DNA of 64,000 bases from Octopus vulgaris (taxonomy: Eukaryota). The stretch lies in the NCBI GenBank assembly GCA_951406725.2, contig OX597815.1, forward strand, positions 70,866,001-70,930,000. Direction: 5' to 3'. Position numbers and translations under genes: made by a program. The notes beneath the pieces were generated by a model. That model saw only the letters and a program-made list of their open reading frames with translations. It searched no databases and was not told the origin of the DNA. The number at the start of each line of letters is the position of its first letter. Position 1 is the first letter of the stretch. Below, one piece after another: positions 42,015 through 55,840 of the stretch.

Positions 42015-42208
42015 TTCATTTATTCTTTTACTTGTTTCAGTAAAGAGTTTTAGTCGAAGAAATCGATTCCAGAACTTTATTTTCGTAAGCCTTGTATCGG
42101 TCTCTTTTGCCGAACCGTTAAGTTACGGGAGCGTAAACACACAGCATCGGTTGTATAGCGATGGCGGGGGAGGACAAACACACACACACACACACAGACA
42201 CACACACA

Positions 42209-42240
<32 letters not shown>
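42015..42240 (-). mobile_element. SINE A 3' half
   Basis: TTTTGCCGAACCGTTAAGTTACGGG..GCATCGGTTGT. Confidence 0.75.
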
Positions 42241-42243
<3 letters not shown>

Positions 42244-42384
42244 GCACACACACACAATCCAGGAATCCGTGTTAGAGTTCTGCTATAGTATGTATATATT
42301 ATATTAGAGGAAAAATCAGAGCAAAAGTAAAACGAGTATCTCAAGTCATTTACAATAATTTAATTAGGGTAAGGTAAATTTGAA

Positions 42385-42460
42385 GTCTTACAGCCGTTTC
42401 AGAGATAACCCAAGTGGTTGGTTACCATGTCCGTGCACTGGGTATCCCGTCATCAGAGAC
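42385..42460 (-). ncRNA. Type I hammerhead ribozyme
   Basis: GUCU CUGAUGA C GG GAUA CCCAG..UUGGG U UAUC UC U GAAA CGGCUG UA^AGAC. Confidence 0.72.
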
Positions 42461-42719
42461 AAGATATGAATATTTTAGACGGGGAAAATTTACAGTTTAC
42501 AAGGAATAAAACTCACAGTTTATAAGGAATAAAATAGAAGAATAAAAATAGTAAAATAGAAGAATAAAGAGTAAAAGTAGTTAGAAGAATATAGGTAGAG
42601 AATAAATATGCTTACTTAATAATATAAGTGGAAGAAAAATTTACCAAATTCTAACAATTAATATCCATAAAGATCTAAAAATTTAACCGGTTTCCGCTTA
42701 GCATAAAAGCTGATCGGGC

Positions 42720-44865
42720 TATATTCCAACAAAAGATGGACACGAATCTTGCAGAGTGTGTCTTCGTGATGGGCTACCTGGGTGATATATTAATTAAAAG
42801 TGAATCCTGTAATCAGCATGTCGAGCATGTAAAACGTGTTTTTGATAAAATAAGAGAATACGGTTTCACACTGAGAAGAAATGTGCATTTTTCTTACCTA
42901 AAATTAAGTATTTAGGACAAATCATTGATAAAAACGGTCGTCGACCAGATCCGTCGAGAGCAGATGCAATTAAAAATATGCCCTGTCCGACATATATATC
43001 TACTTTACATGCTTTTTGGGGACTTGTAAACTATTATCAGATTTATATATCAAATATGCACAAAGTAAGAGCTCCTCTAAATAATCTACTAAGAAAAAGA
43101 CGTAAAGTGGAATTGGTCTGAAAATTGTCAGGTGTTCAATGAAAGTAAAAAGATATTAACATCTGATTTTTCTTTAGCACACTTCGATCCTGTAATGGAT
43201 ATTGTAGTACGGTATCGGAACAGTAATGCTACATAAGATGGTAACATGAAGACTGTAGTTCATGTCTCACGTTCGCTATTACCTACAGGTAAAAAAAATA
43301 CAGCCAAATTGAAAAAGAGGTTCAAGCGAATATTTTTGCCGTAAAAGAATTTCATAAATTTTTACACGGTAGAAATTTTCGACTACAGACTGGTCATTGC
43401 TCGTTATTATCTAGCATATGGGTCGAAGAAAGGAATCCCTATCCATACGGTAAATAGGTTGCAACGCTGGTGTACTATATTACTAAATGATTTTAAGTTG
43501 GAGTTTACTCCATCTAAGAAATTAGGACACGCTGATTGTCAAGATTGATACCGAAAAAGACTGAAGCATTTGAGGATACCGTAACTGCAACGTTGCGAGC
43601 TGAAAATGAAATTTAAAATGTTTTATGTAATGTCATACGTGAATTACAAGACATAAAATTAAAATCCGAAAACAATGAATTTATTAAAAAAAATGAAAGA
43701 AATTTTGAGGGCTGAGAAGAAAGATCAAAATATCCGTTTTGCTAAACGCAACACAAATTCTAACCCGTTCTGAATTTGTGACAATGTGTTAATGTACGCA
43801 CAAAGAATGGTGGTGCCAGCCACACAACAGAAGCGATTACTAAAGGAATTTCATATGGGCTACTCAGGGATTTCGAGAATGAAATCGTTATTGTGAAGTT
43901 AAGTGTATTGGCCAAGATTGGACCGTGACATTGAAGAACTATTGAAAGCCTGCAGAGGTTGATCGCCAGCAGCAAAATCACCTACCACAAAATGGCAACT
44001 GTGGCCAAAAACAGATATCCCAACTGCATGTTGATTACTCTGGCCCGCTTAACGGTTCATATTACTTTGTGGTAGATAGTTTTTTGAAGTGTTTTGAAGT
44101 GCGTAAGTATAAAAAGCCGACATTCGCGGTTACAGTAAAACTCTTACAGGAAATGCTCGCCAGATATGGTATTCCTGATACCATTGTGTTTGATAATGGA
44201 ACTCAGTTTACTTCACATGAGTTCAAAAAATGTTGTAAAACGTTCGTTATCGAACATGTGACCACTCCACTGGACAAGAGGTGCGTTTTGCTGATACTTT
44301 TAAGAGGGATTTAAAAAAGGCGAGCAATGAAGTAATGGATGACCTAGCATTTCAACAATTTCTAAGAGTGCACGGAATGTCACCTGCGGAATTAATGTTC
44401 GCTAGAAAGTTTAGATCCGTCTTTGACAAGTTGTTACCGAGTAAAAAATGAAAAATGGTGAACAATATAATTCAAAACTTTTCAAGATAGGAGACAAAGT
44501 TTTTTTTAAAAACGTATAGATATGGTAAAGAAAGCTGAGAGGACGGGAAATCAAACAAATTGGGAAAATGTTATTCTTGGTAAAAGGAAAAAAAATTGAA
44601 CGTAAAAGACATGTAAACCAATTTAAAAAAAAGATTTACGGAAGAAACTGTTACGAGAGATGTAATTCCCATGGAAGTTTTTTTATGATACGTTCGAGGT
44701 ATCAACACCCAAACAAATTGAAACTACACGTTCAAGTACCAGAAAAAGGAAAAGAACGGAAATGCTGGAATTAGACCCTAAGCTTAAGAGATATTAAACT
44801 CTGGACGGAGTTTAATTGTCAAAAAGGGGAGATGTCATAAGAGGTTAATTATCAAAAAGGGGAGA
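42720..44865 (+). mobile_element. Ty3/Gypsy LTR retrotransposon pol pseudogene (RT-RNase H-integrase), 5'-truncated
   Basis: IFQQKMD..GYLGDILI, KIKYLGQII, YSQIEKE..AVKEFHKFLHGR, RLQRW, HMGYSGISRMK, HVDYSGP, YGIPDTIVFDNGTQFTS; polypurine tract AAAAAGGGGAGA. Confidence 0.92.
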
Positions 44866-46858
44866 CGTTGTGGAAGGATCCTGACCACCTCGCATGACTG
44901 AAAGTGGACTAACGCATTTCAATAAAATAAAGAAAATGTGAACTGTGGGTAGTTAACAGCGTTTTTTTTGTCGGGTTTGAATCATTTTGATCTCGGTTAG
45001 GCGTAAGTCGTATTGTTGAAGGTCTCCCGTAAGGGTGAATCTATGTTTTAAATTGTTGAATTGTTAAATATTGTTACTGTTTTTGCCCACGGGCTAGTGA
45101 TTTTCGTGTTTATCTTCTTTTCCATTTTTGGGTAAAGTGGAAAAAAAGAATGGATTGCGAACCGGTTCCAGTAAATGCCGGCAGTTATGCTTCAGCAACT
45201 GGAATGGGGTGTAGCAGCAGATGCGCTAGAGGTTCGTGAAGTGAAAATCGAACAGAAGAAATTAAAAGAATATAACACGCTAATTTCAAAGGAAGGAATC
45301 AGTTTAAAGCTGACCCCGCCAGAGTAATTAACAACCAGCATAGCAAAAAGAACAGTGGTTTACAGAACGTTGTCGACAACTTTTAAGAAGATTGAAATTG
45401 CCGCAATTGAAGAATGTCTTAAAGAAACTTAACAACTACACGAGAGGAAGAAATACGGTACAGTGGAGGAGGTGAGGTTCGCTAACGAACAGGAAGCGAT
45501 AGCTCACTCCACTGTGACGCTCAGGACGCAAGAATGGGTACTCTTGCCGACTTACTGTGGAAATAGAGTTGCTAGAGTGAGGATAGGTAGAGTACCCACT
45601 GAGATAAAAGAAGCATGGATCGTGGTAGCCGTTATGCATAAAATGGAAGAGGACGCCAAGATTTTAAAAGTGACGGGAACTAAAAAAGTGAACTGGTGGG
45701 TATATAGCCTTGGAATGGTCATTCAAGTCGGACTGAAAGACTTACATGAAATATCGGAAGAGGTAATTTTATCGGACGACATAAGATTAAGAGTGGTAGA
45801 GGGAAGACCACCAATTTTTTTATAAATGTGGAGAGAAAGGACACATGAGAGCAAGGTGCTCCCAGAAAGACAATAAAAGTGAGTAAGAACAGCAAGAGAA
45901 GAATACTGAACAAGAGCAGAGTACCGAAGTGGCGGCCCCAGTAAAAGAGAAATTGCCCGGAGGAAGCGGAGGAGGCATTTACGGTAGTAACGAGGAAAAA
46001 GAGAAAGGAGTGTTTGAACTCACCGCCGAAGAGTCCTTTAAAGAAAAGGAAGGAGAGTGGAACGGAAGGTACAGATTCTATACTGCATGGAGATTTCAAT
46101 AACATCAACAACAAAGGAAACCATCACAGAAAACCAAGTTCTATTGCAGGAACAAGCAACCCCAAAAGAGGCAAAAAACAAGTGGCATATGGTGACATAT
46201 TCAAAAAGTACTGAGATCGAGGGAAAAGTCACCAAATTCAGATCGGTGATAAGAGTGAAACTATCAGTGGAGCATTACCCAGAGAGTACGAAGGCAATAG
46301 TAATAGGTAAGGATAGATATAAAAAGTTGAAGGAATGTTTCGGAAACAGGATGGACCCAATGGGTGCAAGGGTAGAATTCAACGACTTGCCGCCAGTCAT
46401 TGACTATCAAGACTTGTTACCATACATACATGGGTAAACTGTAAGTAAATGTTAAAATTCTAAAGATTGTACACAAGATGCTAAAAGAAAAAAAGAAGGA
46501 AAAAAGAGAAAGAAGAATTGATTTTAAAAACTTTACATTAAAACATTTAAATGGTACTTCTTGAGAGTGGGGTTCAATGCAGCTATTTAATCCTCATTAA
46601 TTATTATTCATCCTTCATTCATTCGTTTTATCTTTTTGTCCCCACTGTGGTGTTCTGTCTGTCCTCGTGTTGCCCACTCTGTGTCATGGCCTGTGTGCGA
46701 AATAAAAGAAATTAGTTGACAGAGTGGTTGACAGCAGTACTTGACATCGTTGATCGTCCGTATTGGTTACTGCATTAGTTTAATATCGTAACTACGTTTG
46801 GAGTAGGACGGGGTGAGTGTTGTGTGAACATATTAATTCTGCGAAAGATACACTCACG

Positions 46859-46862
<4 letters not shown>
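44866..46862 (+). mobile_element. Probable Gypsy 3' LTR (44866-44959 + 46723-46862), split by an insertion
   Basis: Follows the PPT, begins (C)GTTGTG and ends CGTCACA before (CA)n. Confidence 0.55.
44960..46712 (+). mobile_element. ORF1-only LINE-like element (L1/Tx1-type gag-like ORF, decayed)
   Basis: Broken ORF 45150-46437 (MDCEP..SYAS, EGRPP.xYKCGEKGHMRARC knuckle), no RT; ends AATAAAAGAAAT; flanked by TAGTTAACAG/TAGTTGACAG. Confidence 0.72.
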
Positions 46863-46925
<63 letters not shown>

Positions 46926-47011
46926 TACATACATATATACATACATACATACATACATACATACATACATACATACATACATACATACATACATACATAC
47001 ATACATACATA

Positions 47012-48243
47012 CAAGTTGCAAGAAGAATTTGAGGACATTTCGTTTTTAGTTCATTACACTTTCAAATTATATAATATATCGTTTTTTTTGCGGATAACCC
47101 TTTCAAGATATCATGCTAACTCAAGAAATGAAAAGACATGCAGTCATAGTTGCTATACATGCAAACCACAGTGATTTAGGAATTAGCAACTTTCTCAATG
47201 TTGCAAGATCATTTGTACACAAACTTCGGTTGGAATTGAAGGCATGTATCAAAGAGAAAAAAAAAACATTCACAACGCTCAGATACTAAAAAGACACCGG
47301 AATTTATACATGTTCAAAGCATTATCGATAAAAACTCCAGAAGGTCATTGAGGTCCTTTGCTAAAGAACTTCGGTTGTCAGAGTGGACTATCAGAACTGT
47401 GACATTCGATAGAAGTCCAATGTAATGAAGAAAGGCCAATTCGTATCTGCAAAGATATAGGAAGACCGCATCCTCCGTACAAAACGGTTACTTAACAAAG
47501 TGAAAACCCCTCATCAACAAGGCATGCTTTGGTTTTCCTCTGACGAAAAAACTTTAACTAGGATCAAAAGTCTAACAAAAGAAATGACAGGTGGTTATGT
47601 GCAGATCCTTCTGAAGTACCCAGAGTGATACACACGAAATTTCAAGTAACTGTCATGGTTTTAAGAATGGTGAGTAGCGAAGGTAATGTGATGCCTCTCC
47701 ACTTTTTTCACAGGGTCTTAGAATTAATGCTGCTGGATACATTGAGGTACTGGAAACTGTTATCAAGCCCTGGATTGATGCAGTATGCAATGAAAGGCCA
47801 TACGTGTTTCAACAAGACTCAGCACCTTCTCACAAAGTCCTAGTCACCCAAGAATGGTTGTCAGACAATTTTTATGATTATGTAACACCCAATATGTGGC
47901 CTGTAAACTCGCCAGATTTGAACCCCATAGACTACTACATGTGGAGCACTGTTGAAAGGAAGACTAATCGTCATCTTCATAATATCATAGCTTCACTGAA
48001 AGCCGTCATTGTCCAGGTGATATCCGAAATAAATAAGGATCATATAGTGTCAGCATGCCAGCGGTTTCGGTCCCGCATTGAAGCAGTCATCGAAGCCGAA
48101 GGCGGATTCATAGAATAATTTGCTTAAAAAATCATTATCAAGACTAATTGCACTAATGTTTATTCAAATACATATTTATTTATGCTGAAATATAGTTGTT
48201 TTATTATATACCAAAACTGTCCTCAAATACCCACCGCACTCTG
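47012..48243 (+). mobile_element. Full-length but decayed DD37D (maT) transposon
   Basis: Frameshifted ORF 47113-48118: WFSSDEKN, FQQDSAPSH..WPVNSPDLNPIDY with 37 residues between the Ds; TIRs share ATTTGAGGACA; TA both sides. Confidence 0.92.
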
Positions 48244-48377
48244 TATATGGCATTTTTAACACCCTTTCCCATTAGAGGAAATCTTCAACTGCAGTGAATT
48301 TGCCTTTAGAATTTGAAATATGTCACAAACATATTTTAACTAACCTAAAGTTTGATTATGCCTAAACACAGGAGCTG

Positions 48378-48412
<35 letters not shown>

Positions 48413-48460
48413 TGTATGTATGTATGTATGTATGTATGTATGTATGTATGTATGTATGTG

Positions 48461-48515
<55 letters not shown>

Positions 48516-48570
48516 ATACATATACACACACATATATGTGTTTGTGTCTGTGTGTATGCGTATGTGTATG

Positions 48571-48647
<77 letters not shown>

Positions 48648-48649
<2 letters not shown>

Positions 48650-49010
48650 TTTAACTTTTACTTGTTTCAGTCATAGAACTGCGGCCGTGCTAGGGCACCA
48701 TCTCGAAGGCCTTTAGTCGAACGAATGGAACACAGTCTTGTACATATTCTATCGGTATCTTTCACTGAGCCGCTAAGTTACAGGAATTAAACAAACAAAT
48801 ACTGGTTGTCAACTGGTGGTGGTGAACGAACAAACATAGAGACACCATTAAATATATGCATACACACACATACTCACACACACATATACTAGGAGTTTCT
48901 GTCAGTATCTTTATACTAATTCTACTCACAACGCTTTGGTTTGCCCATGACTTTAATAGAGTACACTTGCCCAAGTTGCCATGCGGCAGGACTGAACTGT
49001 GAATCATGTG
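48648..49010 (-). mobile_element. SINE family A, old
   Basis: CTTGTTTCAGTCAT..CCGCTAAGTTAC..CACTTGCCCAAG. Confidence 0.75.
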
Positions 49011-49548
49011 AATAGTAGTAGCATATAACAATTAGCGTTTCAATATACGAAGTATATATGTTCCTCAAAGAAATACACATTTGACATATTTACGAAAATA
49101 CATCGGTTTAGGTTAATATTCTACGTAGGTGTATAGTTACAAGTAATTAGATATTTAAATAAATAATGAGTATATAAAGATATTAATTAGACAGACGCAT
49201 TGACATATCATTATGGTAAATGGATATGATTGATATGACGCAAAGTATTTAAACGATAGAGTTTGCATGCAATAAAAGAATGTTTCTAAGGCTACGTACA
49301 GTGCTTCAAGTGCTACAAAATCTTTTATAAAAGTGACGTAAATCGTTATGAAAGAATTGAGGCTGTATTTAAGTAAACATGTGTGAATGATTGAATTGAA
49401 TAATTGAATTAAAATTGATATCATTAATGGAGAAATATGCTAAATGGAAGTGTACAATAGTTAAAATTTGATAAGTTATTGTTAGTTATTAAAGATAAAT
49501 TAAGAAAGAAAAGATTAGTGTAAACAACCTATAGAGTACATATTTAAA

Positions 49549-49634
<86 letters not shown>

Positions 49635-49674
49635 GTAGCTATCAACGTATTTGTTATCTAACTGCTTGTCTGTA

Positions 49675-49740
<66 letters not shown>

Positions 49741-49741
<1 letters not shown>

Positions 49742-51390
49742 TCTTCCGATACCTTGACGACTGCTTCATAATCTGGACAGAATCTCTAAATACTCTGGAA
49801 GAGTTCAATATCCTCCAGAACAACCTACACCCATCTCTCCAATTTACAAAGGAGATGAGTAGTAACAAATTACCATTACTAGATATAATGGTAATTAAAA
49901 AAGACACCACCATCACTACAGATATATACTATAAACACACAGACACACATCAATACCTAAATTTTAAGTCGTGCCATCCACCACATACAAAACGCAACAT
50001 CCCATACTGCCTAGCCAGAAGAATTTGTACCATTATACAAATATCAGGAACAAACGCCTAACAGAACTAAGAGAATTTTTGCTCAAACAAAAATACCCAT
50101 CTTTACTTATAGAAAATGGCATACAGCGGGCTATAAAAATACTCATACAACAACTTAGGACAACCCAAGGAAGAGGAAAACAAGAACAAGTCATACCATT
50201 CATAGTGACACACAACCCATGTCACCAGAATATTTTCAACATTGCCAAAGCAAACCTACCAATCATTGCCCAAAGTAATGAATTAAAAGACATAATCACG
50301 GATCGAGCTATGGTTCTTAGTAAAAGAGCCTAATAACTTGAAAAAATTACTAACAAAGGCAAAATTTGACCTTAGCAACAAAGACTAAACATTCACTGTA
50401 TCTAAATGCAATGATAGCCGATGTGGCACATGCCAATTCATACATACCGGCCAATATATAAACACAAAAATCGGGAAAATATTCACAAACGCGAATATGA
50501 ACTGCAAAAGCAGAAATTTAATTTACTGCATCAAATGCCCAAATTGTGAAGAAATATATGTAGGTCAGACGGGAAATGCACTATCAGAACACTCACGTGT
50601 ACACCGACAACAGATTAGAGACCCAGAGATCCGTCAGATACCTTTGAGTAACCACCTAGCAACATGTGGTCGGAAAATATATATAATATTTCCATTCTAC
50701 AAATTACACAGCCCAAGTGAAATCGAGAGGAAAATCAGAGAAAAGAATTTTATTGATAAATTCGAACCCAAGCTAAATAAGCAATAATAATAATACTTAG
50801 ATAGCAGGAAAATTATCTTATTTAGGGTTAAAAGTTCTATTGCCACCACCATCACCACTAGCAACAATAATTAAGGTGCTGACAATGATGCTGATGACAA
50901 TTGAAATATAAAAATATAAAAATCTCTGACAAAGGCTATTTACAACATTTCTAAAAATAGCCCAACAATTGCTGCCTCGGCCAGGGTTAAGATACAGGAC
51001 TCTTGACATGTCCAACAAAGCGTGACGCCTAAACCAATCAGCTCAACCAACCAATCAGCTTAAGTAATTGAGTGATACTACACACTGATTGGTTAGAATA
51101 CAGTTTGCAAAACCTAGCAATCTGGAGCCTACACAGCTGTATTTAAGGCACCGATTCAATCATCTCGCTACAGTCAAACATTGTGAAGCATGACTGTCAC
51201 CACTACTACATGAACCCGAAGATTGCAGAATTTAATACATGAAAGTACTAGTTCAATCAGAATGAACATTTAACATTCTATTATTTTATTTTATTTTATT
51301 ATATTATAATATCTTACATCATTATAAGATTGTAAATAAAACGTGAAAATCAGACAAGCTTGAAATTCCTTTTATTAATATATTCTTCTA
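49741..51390 (+). mobile_element. Penelope-like element (Neptune-like), 5'-truncated, with 3' pLTR region
   Basis: FRYLDDCF RT, YYKHTDTHQYL..SCHPPH..NIPY..ARRI thumb, CNDSRCGTC linker, GIY-YIG NLIYCIKCPNCEEIYVGQT (50497-50787); frameshifts and stops present. Confidence 0.93.
51211..51255 (+). ncRNA. Minimal hammerhead in Penelope 3' pLTR, U4C core
   Basis: UGAAC CCGAAGA UUGCA..UACAU GAAA GUAC UA^GUUCA; 5-bp stem I, palindromic AGUACU. Confidence 0.72.
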
Positions 51391-51409
51391 TACACAATCA
51401 CACACACCC

Positions 51410-51491
<82 letters not shown>

Positions 51492-52346
51492 CATACGCAC
51501 AGACACATAAAAGTATGTGCACTTATAAAATGGAGTATAAGAAAGCATGTAGTCACAATATGCAAATTGAATTAAAAAGCTTCCAAGTATTTTCCCATTT
51601 TCAAAAATGACGAAATAAGATAAAGGAATATGAGTAAACAGAGAAACCTACGAATCAACAAACAGTAAGCTCGAAGTCGTGGCAACGCTCGTTTGTAGCA
51701 GTACTTATGATATTGGTAGTAAATATTCTATCGTCAATTGAATTCCTTGCAAGATAAACCCTTTTCCAGCAGATACTTCATAACACCACGATTACAAATT
51801 TTGTTCATTTTCAAGAGAAGTCACTACTAGTTACTTTTGAGGACTTCTTTGGATAGTCAGATATCAGCTTACCTGAAAAGAAACAATGCAGTTATTAATA
51901 AGAAGGGTTGAAACTAATGTATGCGATATTTCACAGCTCAAGTATCACTCCTTTATAGTCAGCCTATGAACATTTTTTAGCCCATTCTCGTACATGCTGA
52001 AAATTTTGTGGATCAAACTGTTAAAGAGATCCATATGTAAAACGAATTCCCCTAAAAAAGAAATGTAAAAGTATGTTCGGTTCTCGAAAGTGTGATTCTT
52101 ACATTCTGGAATTTTCATGGCGGGATTAATTGAAGAGGAAGCCAGGAAATTGCATTCTGTTGATTATTGTACATCATTACATCTTTTAGAAAAGTGGTTG
52201 CTATGGCTCATGTTTTATAGAATTCGATTCATCAAACACATCTTATGATTATTACTTAATTTCTGCATTAGTATTGTTTATTTTCGTTCATACGATCATG
52301 TAACACATATAATTGATAATAAATTTGGAATATACTCCGCAAATAC

Positions 52347-52411
<65 letters not shown>

Positions 52412-52872
52412 ACACATATAACCATTGTACATATTTTTCCATAATGGGTTTATTATAAGTTTATGTAATGAATATCCATAATTACATCGGCAATTGAGAT
52501 CTAATAAATGTTTAAAATGATGATAAATATGTATACTAAATGTGACACAATCGTATTTCCCATTTCCTATAAAATTCTGACCTGACACTCTGATTAAATT
52601 GCAAGAAATCATATTCTCTCAAGACGTCGTGTTACATAAAATCGCATTAAAATAATTTTGTCCTATTTCGCACAATCAGATCTCCGGCATTAAAGCAGAA
52701 AAATATAAAATATTTTGAAGAAATAAATACGTAAATAAAAATATAAAACATGTCAAAAATAAAAAGTTATTTGGAATGATTTGCTTTTCGTTTATTTTTA
52801 TTATTATTAATAATAATAATAATGATAATAATGATAATAATAATAATAACAATAATAATAATAATAATAAAT

Positions 52873-53354
52873 TTCAGACAAAAATCATGCCTCCTCATTG
52901 ATATGACTGTCCCAATCGATATAAGCGTATCTGTCAAGGTCTACCAAAAACTGAGCAAATATAAAGATCTTGAAATAGAAATTAGCAAAATGTGGAACCT
53001 GAAGACTAAAACAATACCTGTTGTCATAGGTGCCCTGGGAATGATAGCAAAAGGGGCCGATTGCTACTTAGCTCAGATACCAGGAAACCCCAAAATGGCA
53101 GAAATTCAAAAGATAGTACTCATGGGAACTGCTCATATCCTACGCAAAATGCTTGCTATATAATCTCAAGTTTCAAAACAAACATAATTTTCTTCTGGTT
53201 TCTTAAAGTCTCACTAGTACAACACTAAATACAAAACCAAATATATGGCACCCTAGGCATAACACCAATATGAATTTCCAACTTGTTGTCTCTTGAGGTC
53301 TCTGGGTGAGACTTGGAGCCAACTTGTACAAATGTAAAGCAAAAGTCAAACATA

Positions 53355-53355
<1 letters not shown>
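52873..53355 (+). mobile_element. R4/Dong-like LINE 3' end in (TAA)n
   Basis: CLLIDMTVP..KLSKYKDLEIEISKMW..IPVVIGALG..GTAHILRK; (TAA)n on both sides, as is typical of Dong targeting. Confidence 0.88.
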
Positions 53356-53430
<75 letters not shown>

Positions 53431-53544
53431 CGTTATTTGTTGCAAAAACATTTTGTGCAAAAAGGGAACTGAAAAGGCGAAGATCACACAAATGTCAATA
53501 TTGAATATACAGAAAACAACCATTTATATTTGCTTTAAAATTTT

Positions 53545-53745
53545 GGCATAAAGCCAGCTGGTCTCAGGGAAGGGCTAAGTAGATTATATCGACCTCAGTG
53601 ATCAACTGGTACTTATTTTATTGACCCTGAAAGGATGAAAGGCAAAGTCGACCGCGGTGGAATTTGAACTCATACTGTAAAGACGGAAAAACTGTCGTCG
53701 TGCATTTTGCCCGAAGCGGTAACAATTCTGCCAGCTCGCCACCTT
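53545..53745 (-). mobile_element. SINE family B
   Basis: GAAAGGATGAAAGGCAAAGTCGACC..GGAATTTGAACTC..TTCTGCCAGCTCGCC. Confidence 0.85.
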
Positions 53746-53829
53746 CAAATAGCCATTTATTATTGATAAACAACTCACTTCAGTTAAAGACAACGATGGA
53801 TTACTTATAAATATCTTCCAGAAGACCGG

Positions 53830-54402
53830 AATGCCATGGTATACGAATAGTATTCAGACATTTTCGCACCACATTTGCTAACCTTGAACATTATTTCCAT
53901 GCATGTTTTCTCCAAGTTGTGCTTAATTCTTTTTGATGTAAGGCATTTAACTTGTGATGCATTTTTCTCAAATCATGAATAATAATGGTTAATTAATAAA
54001 TAAAATTAAAACTTCTAAAACAGTCGAGTTTTTAATCTTACGTGCTTAGAAGAAAACGCGGAAAATTTAATTAAGGCATGTAATGTTCACAATACATATA
54101 AGAAGAAATAAAGACAACGTTATCGAACGTTTTTATACATAATTAATAAAGAATACTGCGTAATGATAGAAATTATATATATACTACTATTGCTTTTCAG
54201 TAATTATTTCGAGTAAATGAACTTCGTTATCACCTTTGTGGCAGCCATTACTGATTCAAGCAGTCTGTCAGTACAATGGTGGTGGAAGAGGGGGACTTAT
54301 GTAACTGTAGTGGAGCCCAGTTGCTTAAAATTTGTCAGAGAAGATACAGGTGTTGTGCAATATTAAAGCTATGTGCACTGTTGTTTTCAAGGAAAAATGA
54401 GA
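53830..54402. repeat. Diverged direct duplication, copy 1
   Basis: Collinear with 59390-60006, e.g. GGAAAATTTAATTAAGGCATGTAATGTTCACAAT, TGTGGCAGCCATTACTGA, TTAAAATTTGTCAGAGAA. Confidence 0.9.
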
Positions 54403-54429
54403 CAAAGTGTACATTACATTATTACATAG

Positions 54430-54555
54430 GAATGCCCGCCGGTAAAATGATTAACGGCACCTTGTCCGTCCTTATGTTCTGAGTTCAAATTCCGCCGCGG
54501 TCGACTTTGCCTTTCGTCCTTTCGGGGTCGATGAGTAAGTACCAATTACGCAATG
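54430..54555 (+). mobile_element. SINE family B
   Basis: GAGTTCAAATTCCGCCGCGGTCGACTTTGCCTTTC. Confidence 0.8.
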
Positions 54556-54598
54556 GAGTTGCCTGCCTGCCTGCCTGTCTGCCTGCTTGCTTGCCATC

Positions 54599-54634
<36 letters not shown>

Positions 54635-54982
54635 TTCTCTATACGTACGGACGTATGTATATTAATATGTATGCATGTATGTATGTATCTGCCTGCCTGT
54701 CTATCCGGCTGTCTGACTGTCGATCGATCAATTTATCTACCTGTCCGCCTGTCAGCTTGTCTCTCTGTATGTCTATCTGTCTGTCTATATATCTATTTCT
54801 CTATACGTACGTACCTATGTATATTTGTATGTATGCATGTATATATCTGCCTGCCGGCATGTCTGTCCGGCTGTCTGACTGTCGATCGATCTAATTATCT
54901 ACCTGTCTGTCTGTCTATTTCTCGATACGTACAAACGCATGTATATGTGTATGTATATATATATATGTGTCTGTCTGTCTGT

Positions 54983-55055
<73 letters not shown>

Positions 55056-55191
55056 AATCAATCAATCCATCAATCAATCAATCTATCTATCTGCCTGTCT
55101 ATCAATCAATCAATCAATCAATCCATCAATCAATCAATCAATCAATCAATGTATGTATGTATGTATGTATGTATGTATGTATGTATGTATG

Positions 55192-55286
<95 letters not shown>

Positions 55287-55689
55287 TTATATATCTATCA
55301 GCAATTGCATGCACTAGATTTTTATGTTGGCGGTCGGCCGTTATCAGTTGTTAGTTATCTTTTATCTTTTACTTGTTTCCGTCATTAGGCTGCGGCCGTG
55401 CTGGGGCACCACATTGAGAAAAGAGTTTAGTTAATGTTTCATTCACTGTTTCATATATCGGAGGCGATGAATTTCATCAAGGCATGTACCTGCCGATACA
55501 CATCATTGATAAGGCCCTAAAAGGCTGAAATGCATTTAGTATACTCAGTAGCCGGTGCTGGGGCGATTTTTCGTCTCCCATTTATATATATATTTAATAC
55601 TTTAACAAGAGTTTGATGTTTCGACCGGCTGAGCCATCATCGGACCGAGGTACATTTGAGTTCATCTTCGCTTTATATAGTTTCTGTTG

Positions 55690-55840
55690 TCTTCGTAACT
55701 TAGTGGTTCGACAAAAGAGATCCGGTAGAATAAGTACCAGACATAAAAAGAAACGTACCGGAGTCGATTTGTTCGATTAAAAAATAATTTTCGTTGTGGT
55801 GCGCCAGCTTGGTCGAAATCCAATGACTGAAACGAGTAAT
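55690..55840 (+). mobile_element. SINE A 3' fragment (another, minus-strand, at 55355-55430)
   Basis: CGTAACTTAGTGGTTCG..TAGAATAAGTACC..AATGACTGAAAC. Confidence 0.7.

Noticed and set aside
55500-55646. Two hammerhead-like relics (plus 55506-55540; minus 55612-55646)
   Set aside because: Core mutated (UUGAUAA) or stems I and III unpaired.
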